DNA of 63,668 nt, taken from Octopus bimaculoides. Lineage: Eukaryota. The position numbers and the translations under genes are program-made. Under the pieces are notes generated by a model. The model saw nothing but the letters and a program-made list of their open reading frames with translations, was not told the origin of the DNA and did no database searches. Below, piece after piece: positions 1 through 12,535 of the stretch; within the stretch, counting starts at the first letter, position 1; the number at the start of each line of letters is the position of its first letter. The stretch lies in NCBI RefSeq assembly GCF_001194135.2, contig NC_068983.1, positions 66,131,881-66,195,548 on the forward strand, given 5' to 3'.

Positions 1-48
<48 letters not shown>
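1..48. repeat. (TA)n microsatellite
   Basis: Directly visible, with one TG interruption. Confidence 0.95.
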
Positions 49-278
49 TAAATGGATGAGTGAATTTTCCTTTCTTTACAGTTAACACGGAAAATTCAAT
101 AAACAGTTACCAGGGTAGCAAAATTCACGCAAGTAACAAGGATGTAGCAACCTGTTCAAAGGCAGAAACTCTGGGTTAATGTACAGTAGGTTGTATAGTA
201 CAAATAAATGGAGTTAAATGCAGGTGTTATTCAAATTCTTTTACTTCCAACATATGTTTTGAAGACAACATTGGTATC

Positions 279-547
279 ATCATCATCATTTAACGTCCGC
301 TTTCCATGCTAGCATGGGTTGAACGATTTCACTGAGAACTGGCGAACCAGATGGCTACACCAACCTCCAATCTGACCTGGCAGAGTTTCTACAGCTGGAT
401 GCCCTTCCTAATGCCAACCACTCCGAGAGTGTAGTGGGTGCTTTTTACGTGCCACCTGCACAGGAGTCAGACCAATGTTTTGTTCACATGCTACCGGCAC
501 AAGTAAGGCAAAGCTGGAAACAATCGCACTCAAATGGTGCTTTTTAC
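279..547 (-). mobile_element. RTE-type LINE 3' UTR and (GAT)n tail
   Basis: The plus strand reads catcatcatttaacgtccgctttccatgctagcatggg. The same terminus recurs at about 2112, 14038 and, more diverged, at 60060 and 47755. Confidence 0.75.
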
Positions 548-1191
548 ACTGGGTACATCTTATAGAGTTTCTACCTACGCCTTTTCTACAGATCGAACAG
601 GGCCATCTACCTGAAGGGGTTTGTGGTTTGTCTACCTTCCTACTTATTAGGACTTTGGTTTTAGCTAGGTTGACTCTAAGGTCCTTCAATTCTAATGCTT
701 GCTTCCACACCTGAAACTTCTCCTCTAGTTCTGATAGTGACTCAGCAATTAGAGCAAGGTCATCAGCATAGAGGAGCTCCCAGGGGCAACCTGTCTTGAA
801 TTCCTGTGTTATTGCCTGGAGGACTATGATAAATAGGAGGGGGCTGAGGACTAAGCCTTGGTGGACCCCTACCTCTACCCGGAATTCTTCACTGTACTCG
901 TTGCCNNNNNNNNNNNNNNNNNNNNNNNNNNNNNNNNNNNNNNNNNNNNNNNNNNNNNNNNNNNNNNNNNNNNNNNNNNNNNNNNNNNNNNNNNNNNNNN
1001 NNNNNNNNNNNNNNNNNNNNNNNNNNNNNNNNNNNNNNNNNNNNNNNNNNNNNNNNNNNNNNNNNNNNNNNNNNNNNNNNNNNNNNNNNNNNNNNNNNNN
1101 NNNNNNNNNNNNNNNNNNNNNNAAACCAGGTACAGAGGTTTATCTTTGGCTAGGTATTTCTCCTGCAGCTCTCTTACCAGAAATATAGCAT

Positions 1192-1198
<7 letters not shown>
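548..1198 (-). mobile_element. RTE-clade LINE reverse transcriptase fragment, 5'-truncated and spanning a gap
   Basis: Manual translation gives TNAIFLVRELQEKYLAKDKPLYLV, then the gap, then GNEYSEEFRVEVGVHQGLVLSPLLFIIVLQAITQEFKTGCPWELLYADDLALIAES...LRVNLAKTKVL...CSICRKGVGRNSIRCTQC. The YADD motif is at 759-770. Confidence 0.92.
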
Positions 1199-1247
<49 letters not shown>

Positions 1248-1836
1248 AATGCCAAAGAATGAAGTTAACAAATTATTTTGATTTATCTTGTACAATTGTT
1301 TCATCATTATTGAATCTAACCAATCTTGCATCATGGTGTAACCATGTCAGCAATTACTGATTAATTTCTGTGTATTGTGGAGGATTTCTGTTAAAGCCCT
1401 TGGTGGAAATGTTTCTTCAGAACTTTGTGAAAAATAATATGCAGAATTGATTCTGCTACTTCCCAAATAAATACATTCCTACAATTCCAAATTAGGCAGT
1501 TCTATGTAAACAAAGGAGTACAGGAAATCAAATAGATAGATTAGTTCCATTCCATGTTGACAATTTTGCATGTTGTTATAAAACAATATTCTGTTCTGTT
1601 ACCGATCATAAATACAGATGTCCTGGCCATTATAGGCTAGAATCAGACACTGCTGACAAATTTTCATTGAACCCAATGACATAGAAAATTCATCCAATAA
1701 ACCAATTATCCACATCCATTTACACACACATACATTTTTTATACACATGCAGAAAAAGTAAATTGTGATTGTCACACAAACACACCCACCTCCACACACA
1801 CACACACTTATATCTCTATTTATTTGTCTGTCTGTC

Positions 1837-1896
<60 letters not shown>

Positions 1897-1907
1897 CACA
1901 CAGACAG

Positions 1908-1938
<31 letters not shown>

Positions 1939-1944
1939 CATATG

Positions 1945-2092
1945 TGCAGGTGTCTCTATGTGATAAAAGCTTACTTCCTAACCACGTGATTCTAGGTTCA
2001 GTCACATTTAAGAAAGTATCTTCTACTATAGCCCTAGTCCAACCAAAGCCTTACGAGTAGATTTGATTGAGGAAAATGGAAAGAAGCCTGTC
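1945..2092 (+). mobile_element. tRNA-derived SINE, degraded 5' half
   Basis: Colinear with the head of the well-preserved SINE at 42552-42715 (ggttcagtc B-box-like, ccaaagcctt, gaaagaagcc). Confidence 0.7.
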
Positions 2093-2500
2093 ATCATCAT
2101 CATCATCATCATCATCATCGTTTAACGTCCGCTTTCCATGCTAGCATGGGTTGGACGATTTGACTGAGGACTGGTGAACTAGATGGCTGCACCAGGCTCC
2201 AATCTGATTTGGCAGAGTTTCTACAGCTGGATGCCCTTCCTAATGCCAACCACTCCAAGAGTGTAGTGGGTGCTTTTATGTGCCACCAGCACGAAGGCCA
2301 ATCAGGAGGTACTGGCAACGGCCATGCTCAAAATGGTGTATTTTACATGCCACCCGCACAGGAGCCAGTCCAGTGGAACTGGCAACGATCTTGCCCGAAT
2401 GTCTTTACATGCGTCAGGAAGGCAACACTGGGCACAGGTGCCATCATGATTTCCCTTTCGCTTGCCTCAACAGGTGTTCGCAAACCGAGTTTAGTGTCCA
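2093..2500 (-). mobile_element. RTE-type LINE 3' UTR with (GAT)n tail and internal 66-bp tandem units
   Basis: Homologous to 279-547. Two diverged units at 2269-2334 and 2335-2400. Confidence 0.75.
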
Positions 2501-2559
2501 ATATATATATATATATATGCATATCTCTATGTGTATGTGTGTGTGTACTTGTGTGAGTG

Positions 2560-2762
2560 TTTATCTTCCATCACTACTTGATAGTTGGTGGTGTTGGTAT
2601 GATTATGTCCCTGTGACTTTGCAGTTCTGCAAAAGCGACTGGTAAAATAAGTACCGAGCTTAAAAACAATAAGTTACTGAAGTCAATTTGTTTGGCCAAA
2701 CCCTTCAAGGCAACACTTCAATATGACTGCAGTAGAACTCAAGCAAGTAAAAGGTAAAAGAT
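2560..2762 (+). mobile_element. SINE 3' half
   Basis: Colinear with 42770-42970 (ttgaca...ggtgttggt...gcagttc..caaaag...aataagtac...caagtaaaag). Confidence 0.65.
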
Positions 2763-3582
2763 GTATATATGTGTGTAAGTGTATAAGTGTGTGTGTGTGT
2801 GCGTGTGTGGTTAAGAAGTCCACTTCCCAACCACATGATGAGCCAGTGTCATATAAGTGGATAACTTATTTTCAGTACTATATTTTTTTGTATTAGTTTA
2901 CAGCTAGCTGTTCTGCTTTACAAGGGTTTTGATAATGTGTTCATCTATTCCATATTTACCATGCATTTGATTCGTGTAATACAATTTCTTCATGATTTGT
3001 GTATTTTCAATAGTTGTAATGTCTTATGCATTTATTGCATCGTAGCTGTGCCTATATTGTTCAATGGCTTCTTTTATTAGCTTGCTAGAATACCTATTGT
3101 TGATTAATGTTTGCTTTATGGTGTGGATTTCATTATCTTGTGTTTTGCTTTTAGCAGAAAATCTAAATCCTCCTCTAACAAGGGACTTCACCACTGACAT
3201 TTTATATGTATATGAACATTTACTGTCTCTATGTCAGCATATGAATTTACTCAAGTCTTTGGTGTAAACGAACATAATGCATTTGTTATTTGCTATCTGA
3301 ATGTTTATGTCTAGAAATGGAGTCATTATGTTGCTGCAAATTTTATCTGCATTTTTCTAGTGTTGTATTTTGGTGCAGAGTTGTTTTCAAGGTCTTCCTT
3401 TAATTATTTGATAATTGCACTACACTACATGACACAAAACAAAACTAAATAATAAAATATTGAATGACAGTACATCTACATTACATGGAATTCTCCCCAG
3501 AAATAAATGTTTAATAATAGAAACAATATTCATAACAATACACAATGTTTAACTAAACGCAAATAAATTCACAAACAATATA

Positions 3583-4264
3583 TTGGGTCATCCCATAAAT
3601 AATGCGTGTTTTACAATTGCATGGACTAAAAGTTGGAGGGGGACTGTATAAACTACCTGCATCAACTTGCTAGAAAAGCAGGCAGTAATTTTACCTTGTA
3701 CTTATTCTTAGCACAAGTTTTGAAGAGTGCAGTTCAATTTTAACAGTTATTTTTTCAAAGCTATAATGGAAGTAACAAAGGAACATATTCAGCATATTTT
3801 GCTTTATGAGTTCAATAAAGGCAACAATGCAATGGAAAGTGCAAAGAATATTAATGCAGTATTTGGAGACAATACGCTTAAGCCAGTGTCAACAGTGGTT
3901 CCAGAAATTTTGAGCCAGAAACTACAGTTTAGAAGATCTCAATGAGGACATCCTACAAACTCTGGTGGAACAAAATTCTATCGTAACTGCTGAGGAATTA
4001 GCAGAGAAGCTTGATTTGGTTATTCAACCATTCATCGACACTTGCATGCCATCAGAAAAGTCAGCAAATTGGGTCAATGGGTTCCTCACAAACTTTCAGA
4101 GTCTAATCACACGCAGAGTGAATGTGTGCTCTTTTTTGCGGTCATGTCTCACGAATGAACCTTTTTTGGACCAAATAGTGACTGGTGGTGAGAAATAAGT
4201 TCTCTATAAAAATGTCAAGCACCAAAGACAGTGGGTAGGGAAAGGAGAAACATCAGCACCCCAG
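3583..4264 (+). mobile_element. mariner transposon family A, 5' half with left TIR, decayed
   Basis: TA followed by TIR TTGGGTCATCCCATAAATAATGCG. Transposase MEVTKEHIQHILLYEFNKGNNA...EPFLDQIVTGGEK with frameshifts, ending at 4264 in a simple repeat. Confidence 0.9.
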
Positions 4265-4299
4265 AAAGCAGCAACGGCTGCGGCGGTGGTGGTCTTGAT

Positions 4300-4440
4300 A
4301 TGATAAAGATGATGATGATGATGATGAGGAGGAGGAGGAGGAGGAGGAGGAGGAGGATGATGATGATGATGGTGGTGGTGGTGATGATCTTGATGATGAT
4401 AATATTGATGGTGTTGAGGATGAGGAGGAGGAAGTGGAGG
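4300..4440. repeat. Compound (GAT)n/(GAG)n/(GGT)n trinucleotide repeat
   Basis: Directly visible. It explains the poly-M/R/H/P ORFs at 4204-4515. Confidence 0.95.
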
Positions 4441-5560
4441 TGGAGTGACACAGTGATTTTGACAAAGGCCACTGGTGATATCCTCTGTGGGTCTGAGCAG
4501 TAATCTCGTCTGCATTATTTTTAAGGTTTTCTAGTGTCTGGATATGTGAAACCTGTTATTGTAACACTTTCTCTCTTCTCTCCTCTTCACTCTCATTCCA
4601 ACATGTAAAATAGCACAGAAACTGAAAAAAAATCAACATCAGCCACATGACCTCACTTGTGTGCATGAGCCTGGAAAATTTAAATAAAAAATAAAACTTA
4701 AAGAAATGAGCCAAGGAATGGTTCTCTGTTGGAGGTTGCTTGACCTGCAAGAAATAACAGCTAATCTCTCTTAAATCATTTATCTGTCTTAAAAAGGAGA
4801 CAACACACTGAGTAATTTGGTTCTGGGTGTAAACTGGTTCCAAAATAAAATAAAATAAAAGATTGGCTGCTCACCAGTTTGAACCTCTTCGATCATAGAG
4901 CTTCTTTTAAGGTTGACTTGGAATAAACAACAAAGAATTTAAAATAACAAAATGAATCACTATTTCCATTGTAATGCAACATTCAACACTGGAGAATATT
5001 AAGTTCTCCAAGATATATCCTAGATCGGGCATGGGCAACCTTTTCTGAGAAGCAAGCTGCATAAGACATGCCTCAGGTGAATCACGCTATTGAAACAATT
5101 CAAAGTAATTTTTTTATTTGGAATGTCAATCAGAAAGTCCCACAGGATGTCCCACAGAATGCAGATTGCTCAGAACTTTATATACTTATATGAGTTAAAA
5201 GTTATAAGTGGTGTCACAATGACAATGTGTGTGCAATTTATTTGTGTATGAGAATAATTTTTTTTGCATTATTTCTTAAATTATTATTCTAAACGATTAA
5301 TCCAATATTTCACACATTTTAATAATTTTTCCTCCTTTTTTTTTTCCAGAAACTTCAACTACAGCATCAAAAACAGCAATAACAACAAAACCCCTCCACT
5401 TCTAAAAGCAGCAAAATAAGGAAAGCTGTACAAGTCAGAATAATATAATAAACATTAAAAAAATCACATTGCAAAACAGTTTTTTGTTTTGCTTTCAAGC
5501 ATTACTAACACTGTTAAGCTGTTATTGTTCACAGTCACATCTGATATATACTCCCTCCAG

Positions 5561-5680
5561 GTACCTACATCTTCCCTCAACAACTGGGGGTTTCACTGAA
5601 AACCCAGTAATTAGAATCCGCAAAAAGAAAACAGAGAAAATACTTCAAATAATCAAGAAGATGGTGTCTTAAGCCTTCAG
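5561..5680 (+). other. Candidate 120-nt non-coding or stop-containing exon
   Basis: Acceptor ctccctccag ends at 5560 and consensus donor CAG|GTAAGT begins at 5681. All three frames contain stops. Confidence 0.2.
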
Positions 5681-5940
5681 GTAAGTAAACTTCTTGATGG
5701 AAGAATAAATTCAATCTACCTTTCAGGATTACACAGAGGAAATTAGCTTCTTTCAAGGATAATTTGTTTTCATCATTATATCTATGTGTTGATATTGATG
5801 TCTATGTAGATGTTATGTGTGTATGCATGTTTGTGGGTGAAAAAGGATGGAGAAACAAAAATAACTATGTTCAGGATACTGAGATGGAGTGTCTTTATGC
5901 ACATTTGTGTCAGAGAGTGCAAGAAACATAAAAATGGCAT

Positions 5941-5983
<43 letters not shown>

Positions 5984-6847
5984 CAAGAGAGCACAAATGC
6001 AAAGGAATGAAAGATAATGTATCTTTAAATGAATGTGTATAAAAGGGAGCAAGACGAAAAGAGATTTATGCAGTTGTGTGAGATGAAGATGGAAAGTGCA
6101 GATGGAAGTGCACATGAAAAACTAAAAATGAAAAAAGAGAGAGAAGAAGGAAGTGCATATGTGGCAGAATTTAAAGTCAGAGCATGTATTAGTCTGCATG
6201 TACGTGTATGTCTGCATGTGTTTGTGTAAGTGTCAACCTAATAGAAAAAGGAAGTGTTTGAGCTAGTTAAAAAATAAAAAAAACATACAGAGAGAAGAGG
6301 AGAAACATAAATAAGATGTATACCTGTGAGTATACAAACGTATTTTTCTACATTTTATTGAAATTTATGTGTCTGCTAACATATATATTTTTCATGATAT
6401 ATATACAATTTAATGAGTGTGTGCGTGCGCATATATACATGTATGCAATACATTGAACACAGCATTTGGTGGATAAATATATTCTTTATTTATGGATTAG
6501 CAATGCTACCAGTGGCTTCATGCAGGAGTTCACAATTTTTCAAGTGTTCCACTTAAAAATGTTTGTAATCTTCTCCCATGCTGGATGAGACTACATGAGG
6601 TTACCTGAGATTATACAAGACTTCCAAATATATCTTTGCTTAATAGATACACAGATAAGGGAAGGCAAATCCTTTAGGGACTTCTTTAATAGCTATTTCT
6701 CTTACATTGGTTTTGTTTTTTTTTTGTTTTTTTTCTTCAAGTGTTTGAATTCAACCAGATTAATTGCACTATATGAGAACATTCATGCATACACCCCACC
6801 CCCACATGCATATATCTATCTATCTCTTTTTATATATATATATATAT

Positions 6848-6879
<32 letters not shown>

Positions 6880-7556
6880 NNNNNNNNNNNNNNNNNNNNN
6901 NNNNNNNNNNNNNNNNNNNNNNNNNNNNNNNNNNNNNNNNNNNNNNNNNNNNNNNNNNNNNNNNNNNNNNNNNNNNNNNNNNNNNNNNNNNNNNNNNNNN
7001 NNNNNNNNNNNNNNNNNNNNNNNNNNNNNNNNNNNNNNNNNNNNNNNNNNNNNNNNNNNNNNNNNNNNNNNNNNNNNNNNNNNNNNNNNNNNNNNNNNNN
7101 NNNNNNNNNNNNNNNNNNNNNNNNNNNNNNNNNNNNNNNNNNNNNNNNNNNNNNNNNNNNNNNNNNNNNNNNNNNNNNNNNNNNNNNNNNNNNNNNNNNN
7201 NNNNNNNNNNNNNNNNNNNNNNNNNNNNNNNNNNNNNNNNNNNNNNNNNNNNNNNNNNNNNNNNNNNNNNNNNNNNNNNNNNNNNNNNNNNNNNNNNNNN
7301 NNNNNNNNNNNNNNNNNNNNNNNNNNNNNNNNNNNNNNNNNNNNNNNNNNNNNNNNNNNNNNNNNNNNNNNNNNNNNNNNNNNNNNNNNNNNNNNNNNNN
7401 NNNNNNNNNNNNNNNNNNNNNNNNNNNNNNNNNNNNNNNNNNNNNNNNNNNNNNNNNNNNNNNNNNNNNNNNNNNNNNNNNNNNNNNNNNNNNNNNNNNN
7501 NNNNNNNNNNNNNNNNNNNNNNNNNNNNNNNNNNNNNNNNNNNNNNNNNNNNNNNN

Positions 7557-7597
<41 letters not shown>

Positions 7598-7602
<5 letters not shown>

Positions 7603-7820
7603 TTTGTGTCTGTGTTTTCCCCCCATCACTGTTTGACAACAGATGTTGGTGTGTTCACATCCTCATAACTCACCAGTCCAGTAAAAGTGACTGACAGTAT
7701 AAGCACCAGGCTTAACAAAAGATAAGTACTGGGGCCAATCCATTGGACTAAATATTCTTCAAGGTTGTGCTCCAGCATGGCTGCAGTCTAATGACTGAAA
7801 CAAGTAAAAAATAAAAGCTA
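7598..7820 (+). mobile_element. SINE 3' half
   Basis: Contains gtgctccagcatggctgcagtctaatgactgaaacaagtaaaa, matching the 42920-42960 tail. Confidence 0.75.
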
Positions 7821-8011
7821 AATAGATATATATATGTATTTATGTATGTATGCATGTATGTATGTATGTATGCATGTATGTATGTATGTATGTATGTATG
7901 TATGTATGTATGCATGTATGTATGTATGTATGTATATGTGCAGATCTGTATATTTTGTTTTATGTATGTATCCTCATGCATATAGTGGCATATCTAGACA
8001 TGCTCATATAT

Positions 8012-8135
8012 ATTTAAATTATAAACTTCTGGAAAGTTTTACAGATTTTTACAGTTCCAGTGATGGATTGGATCTGTAGTCCTTGAATTAGCTTTCTCCT
8101 TTCTGGTTTTGAGAAGCCTAATTTCTCATCTATGT
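8012..8135 (-). mobile_element. C-terminus of a probable RLE-type (R4/Dong-like) LINE ORF
   Basis: IDEKLGFSKPERRKLIQGLQIQSITGTVKICKTFQKF, homologous to the peptide at 32760-32886 (LQILSSSGTVKICKPFQRF). Confidence 0.55.
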
Positions 8136-8148
8136 ACGTATGTACGTG

Positions 8149-8194
<46 letters not shown>

Positions 8195-9143
8195 TGCACG
8201 CGTGTGCATGTGTGTGTATGCAAAAAATTCGTTTCTGTCTTATAGTAATGCTGTATGGGTGAAGAAGTATGATGCTCATTCTTTTGATGTTGCAATGAGT
8301 AGTCTAGACTATGCAAAAGTTTTTGAGCTTATTGATCTTTATCTTTTCTGTTTATGACATAAAATGTTCAATAATTTATAGCATTGTTTAAAACTGGATG
8401 TCAGGTTCATTATTACACATCAAATGAATGTTTTAGGAAAAAAAAATTCTATTTGACTTATTTGAAGATTTACACTTAAATTTCATTGTTGATGCAAGCT
8501 TACACAACGTTAATTTCTTAGATATCACCTTAAATTTAGAAACCAATAAATATCACCCATTTAAGAAGTCAAATAAAAAGTTACAGTACATAAATATTGC
8601 TTCAAATCATCTGCTTGCTATTATAACTCATTTGGTTTAAATGTTAGTAGACAGCTATCCAGCATTTCTTGTGATACATCAACCTTCAATAATCTGGCAC
8701 CTTTTTATTATGAAATTTTAAAGCGCTGGTTTTAAGAATAAATTAATTACATAAATAATGATGTTTCCAACATAGGCACAAGTACTGAAATCTGGGGAAA
8801 AAGATTCAACCAAATCAACTCCAGGACTCTGCTTTGTTATGTGTAAAAGGTTTAAAGAGCCAGATTAAATAGAGCAAAGTATTCTGTCCCACACTCTGGT
8901 ACTTATGACTATCCACTCTTAAATGAATAATAATAATAATTGTTAGATGCAGAAAAGAATAGAATGTAAAATTATTTGATTTAGTTCACTATTTAGCCTA
9001 AAATGTGTACAAGTATTAAAAAAATGCCTTAATAATTGAAAGAATTTATTGAGAATTGGTAAACCATAAAATGTACTGGTAGTGTCTGAGAAGATATCAA
9101 GCTTAAAATGAATTTTATTATACATACACACAACTCACATACA

Positions 9144-9188
<45 letters not shown>

Positions 9189-10013
9189 TAGTTTGCTCAG
9201 CGTAACCTTGACCACATAACTTCAAACTTTATTTGTCCTTTTGAGAAAATGCATATCTTGCAACAGCCTAATGTATTCCTTAAGAAAACTGGACATAGAT
9301 CATTAACATAGTCCTTGCATTGTCTGTGACTTGTGATTAAATTATTTATGATAAGTAATGATAATTTTCTGACTACTTTCAGATATTGCATTCATGCTTG
9401 AAGAGAGCTTTGAACTAGTTGATATTTTTTTTTTTTTTTTGTTTCTGTTCAGATGTATATTTTTGTTTCTGTGGGTATTATTGCCATAGCATATTTATTG
9501 AGAGCATGTTTCTACACTATGTTACGGACAAAACTTTAAGGCAGTTACAAGGTGAATTTGTTACCTAAAGTAAAAGTATGAAAATGGTAAATGACACATG
9601 CTAATAAAGTTTATCAGATGTCTGTTTTGCACAAGTAACATTTCCCAAATATACACTACCTATTACACACAGCCAGAAGAAGAGTATTTACTAATATTTA
9701 ATCAATGAAAAATATTTTGGCAAATCTAACTTACACTGTTAAAGAGCTTTAAACTAAGATTACAAGCTTAGCAAAAGGAGAAAAATGATAATCATTGATG
9801 AAGGAAGGTGGGACTTGTTAGTTGAATCTTTTTTATTGTTGTCATTATTTTGCCATTTTGGAAAGTTCTGATTAATGTCTATTTTTGTAATCACATCACA
9901 ATCTGTGCTTAGAACAAATTAATTAGTGCTGTTAAAGCTAGTGAATGTTAATTGATTTAAGTGAAATGAGGAATAATCAGTTAATTGAGAACATTTCAGC
10001 CATGTTTCATCTA

Positions 10014-10051
10014 ATTTATACATTTCGACTGACTAGTCATTTTGAGTGAAT
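10014..10051 (-). ncRNA. Decayed minimal hammerhead-ribozyme-like motif
   Basis: Minus strand AUUCA CUCAAAA U GAC-UAGUCA-GUC GAAA U GUA UAAAU. The core has two substitutions relative to CUGAAGA. Confidence 0.35.
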
Positions 10052-10736
10052 GTCATTTTGGTGTGAATTATTTTCAGAACACAAAATAAAACTATTGTTA
10101 TATTAAAACACTCTAGTCTGGTGGCTCTACCTTCATATCAATTACAAAATATGCAGTCATGTTGGCTGTGACAATAAGGTACTGGACTACTAACCTAATA
10201 GCTCATAAGTTCAATCTTTAGTACAAAGTTGACCATGTAACTAACTTTGTTTCCTATAGTTTAACTAAATGCAGACAGGCCGTGCTCTATTTCATGTTTG
10301 CTCAGGAAATCATATCCAAATGTGGAAGCAATTATTCTAAAAGCATTATATTGACATCAGGTAAAGGCCTCATCTTCATGTGGTATAACAAGAATATGTT
10401 AGCTTGACTAAATACATCTATCTTCTTAAGCCACCTAGTGATATACAATTGACCATGTTCCCCCTACCACAAGAATACCATTTCACCCTTGTAACAGGTA
10501 GGCATGACTGTGTAATTAAGAAATGGTTAGGAATACAACAGCATTTTGTCTGACACTAACATTTCAAATATCACTATCTATTGTGCACTATATTATGTAA
10601 GCAGTGTAAAATTCAGTTCTTCACAACACTTTGAGCAAGTGTTTTCTACCATAGTCATCAGTTGATTGCTAAGATGAATATTATATGGATACCTATAGTG
10701 TAATTATATATATATACATATATATATATATAGTAC

Positions 10737-10920
10737 CTTGAGAGAAACGTTTGAACTAAGAAGCATCAGTTGTGGTGTGCAAAAGAGCCGATTGTGCTGG
10801 TATGGTCATTTGGCGAGAATGGATGAAGATAGCTGTGTGAAAAAGTGCCATAGCCTTGTGGTTGAGGGTACCTGTGGAAGAGGTAGACCCAGGAAGACCT
10901 GGGATGGGGTGGTGAAGCAT
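10737..10920 (+). mobile_element. RTE LINE C-terminal ORF fragment
   Basis: LRETFELRSISCGVQKSRLCWYGHLARMDEDSCVKKCHSLVVEGTCGRGRPRKTW contains the typical RTE RLxWxGH...GRGRPRKTW motifs. Confidence 0.85.
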
Positions 10921-11585
10921 AACCAAATAGTGACTGGTGGTGAGAAATGGGTTCTCTATAAAAATGTCAAGCACCGAAGACAGTGGGTAGAGAAAAGAGA
11001 AATATTGGCACCCCAGGCTGAAGAAGGTCTTCAATCACGTAAGGTGTTGTTATCTGTTTGGTGGGATATGAAAGGTTTAGTCCACTTTGAAGTTTTAAAC
11101 CCAGACCAAATGATAACAGGAAATCTACTGCAAGCAGTTTGAGTGGCTTAAGTCAGCACTAGTAGGAAAACAACCAGCTTTGGCTTCAAGACAAAAGGTG
11201 TTCTTCCATCAGGATAATGTTCAACCACATACAACGAGGATGACATTCCAAAGACTAGAGCAGTTTGAATGGGAAACGATGCCCCACCCATCATATTCGC
11301 CCAACATTGCCCCATCTGATTATCAGTTATTCCGCAGTCTTCAAAATCATCTGCACGGAAAAAATATGAATTCTGAAGACAAGGTCAGAACAGTACTAGA
11401 GGAGAATTCTTTGTTACGGACACGCAAACTTTGGGAGAGAGGCCTTGCAAGTCTACCAGATAGATGGAAGAGCATTGTAGAAAATGATGGAAAGTATATT
11501 TTAGATTAAATAGAACTTTGTTTATCTTAATTTTGAAAAATAAAAGAAGTATAAAAAAAAATGCATTATTTATGGGATGACACAA
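10921..11585 (+). mobile_element. mariner transposon family A, 3' half with right TIR, decayed
   Basis: QIVTGGEKW...VLLSVWWD...FFHQDNVQPH...YSPNIAPSDYQLFRSLQNHL. The right TIR TGCATTATTTATGGGATGACACAA (11562-11585) plus TA matches the 3583 TIR at 22/24. Confidence 0.92.
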
Positions 11586-11916
11586 TATATATATATAAGG
11601 AATAGAAAGGTAAACGAAGACTACATATGTTTCATAGCTTAAACTTACTAGGAAGCAAATGTAGTCTGTATTTACCTTACCATTCCTTACATTCATTGAT
11701 TTCTATTTCCATGTTTAGCAATTTACACTGCTAGAATGTGGCTTGTACGATGACTGTCAACTTATGGAAATTTTCATCAATTTTGACAGTCATTAAATAC
11801 AACAGTTATTAAATTTTCTTTATCATTTATTGTCCACTCATTTGTCATCTATACAAGTTGTGTTCATATGCTTATTGATTTCCTGTACCTAGTTCTTTGG
11901 GGATTGCACTACCATT

Positions 11917-11947
<31 letters not shown>

Positions 11948-12535
11948 NNNNNNNNNNNNNNNNNNNNNNNNNNNNNNNNNNNNNNNNNNNNNNNNNNNNN
12001 NNNNNNNNNNNNNNNNNNNNNNNNNNNNNNNNNNNNNNNNNNNNNNNNNNNNNNNNNNNNNNNNNNNNNNNNNNNNNNNNNNNNNNNNNNNNNNNNNNNN
12101 NNNNNNNNNNNNNNNNNNNNNNNNNNNNNNNNNNNNNNNNNNNNNNNNNNNNNNNNNNNNNNNNNNNNNNNNNNNNNNNNNNNNNNNNNNNNNNNNNNNN
12201 NNNNNNNNNNNNNNNNNNNNNNNNNNNNNNNNNNNNNNNNNNNNNNNNNNNNNNNNNNNNNNNNNNNNNNNNNNNNNNNNNNNNNNNNNNNNNNNNNNNN
12301 NNNNNNNNNNNNNNNNNNNNNNNNNNNNNNNNNNNNNNNNNNNNNNNNNNNNNNNNNNNNNNNNNNNNNNNNNNNNNNNNNNNNNNNNNNNNNNNNNNNN
12401 NNNNNNNNNNNNNNNNNNNNNNNNNNNNNNNNNNNNNNNNNNNNNNNNNNNNNNNNNNNNNNNNNNNNNNNNNNNNNNNNNNNNNNNNNNNNNNNNNNNN
12501 NNNNNNNNNNNNNNNNNNNNNNNNNNNNNNNNNNN

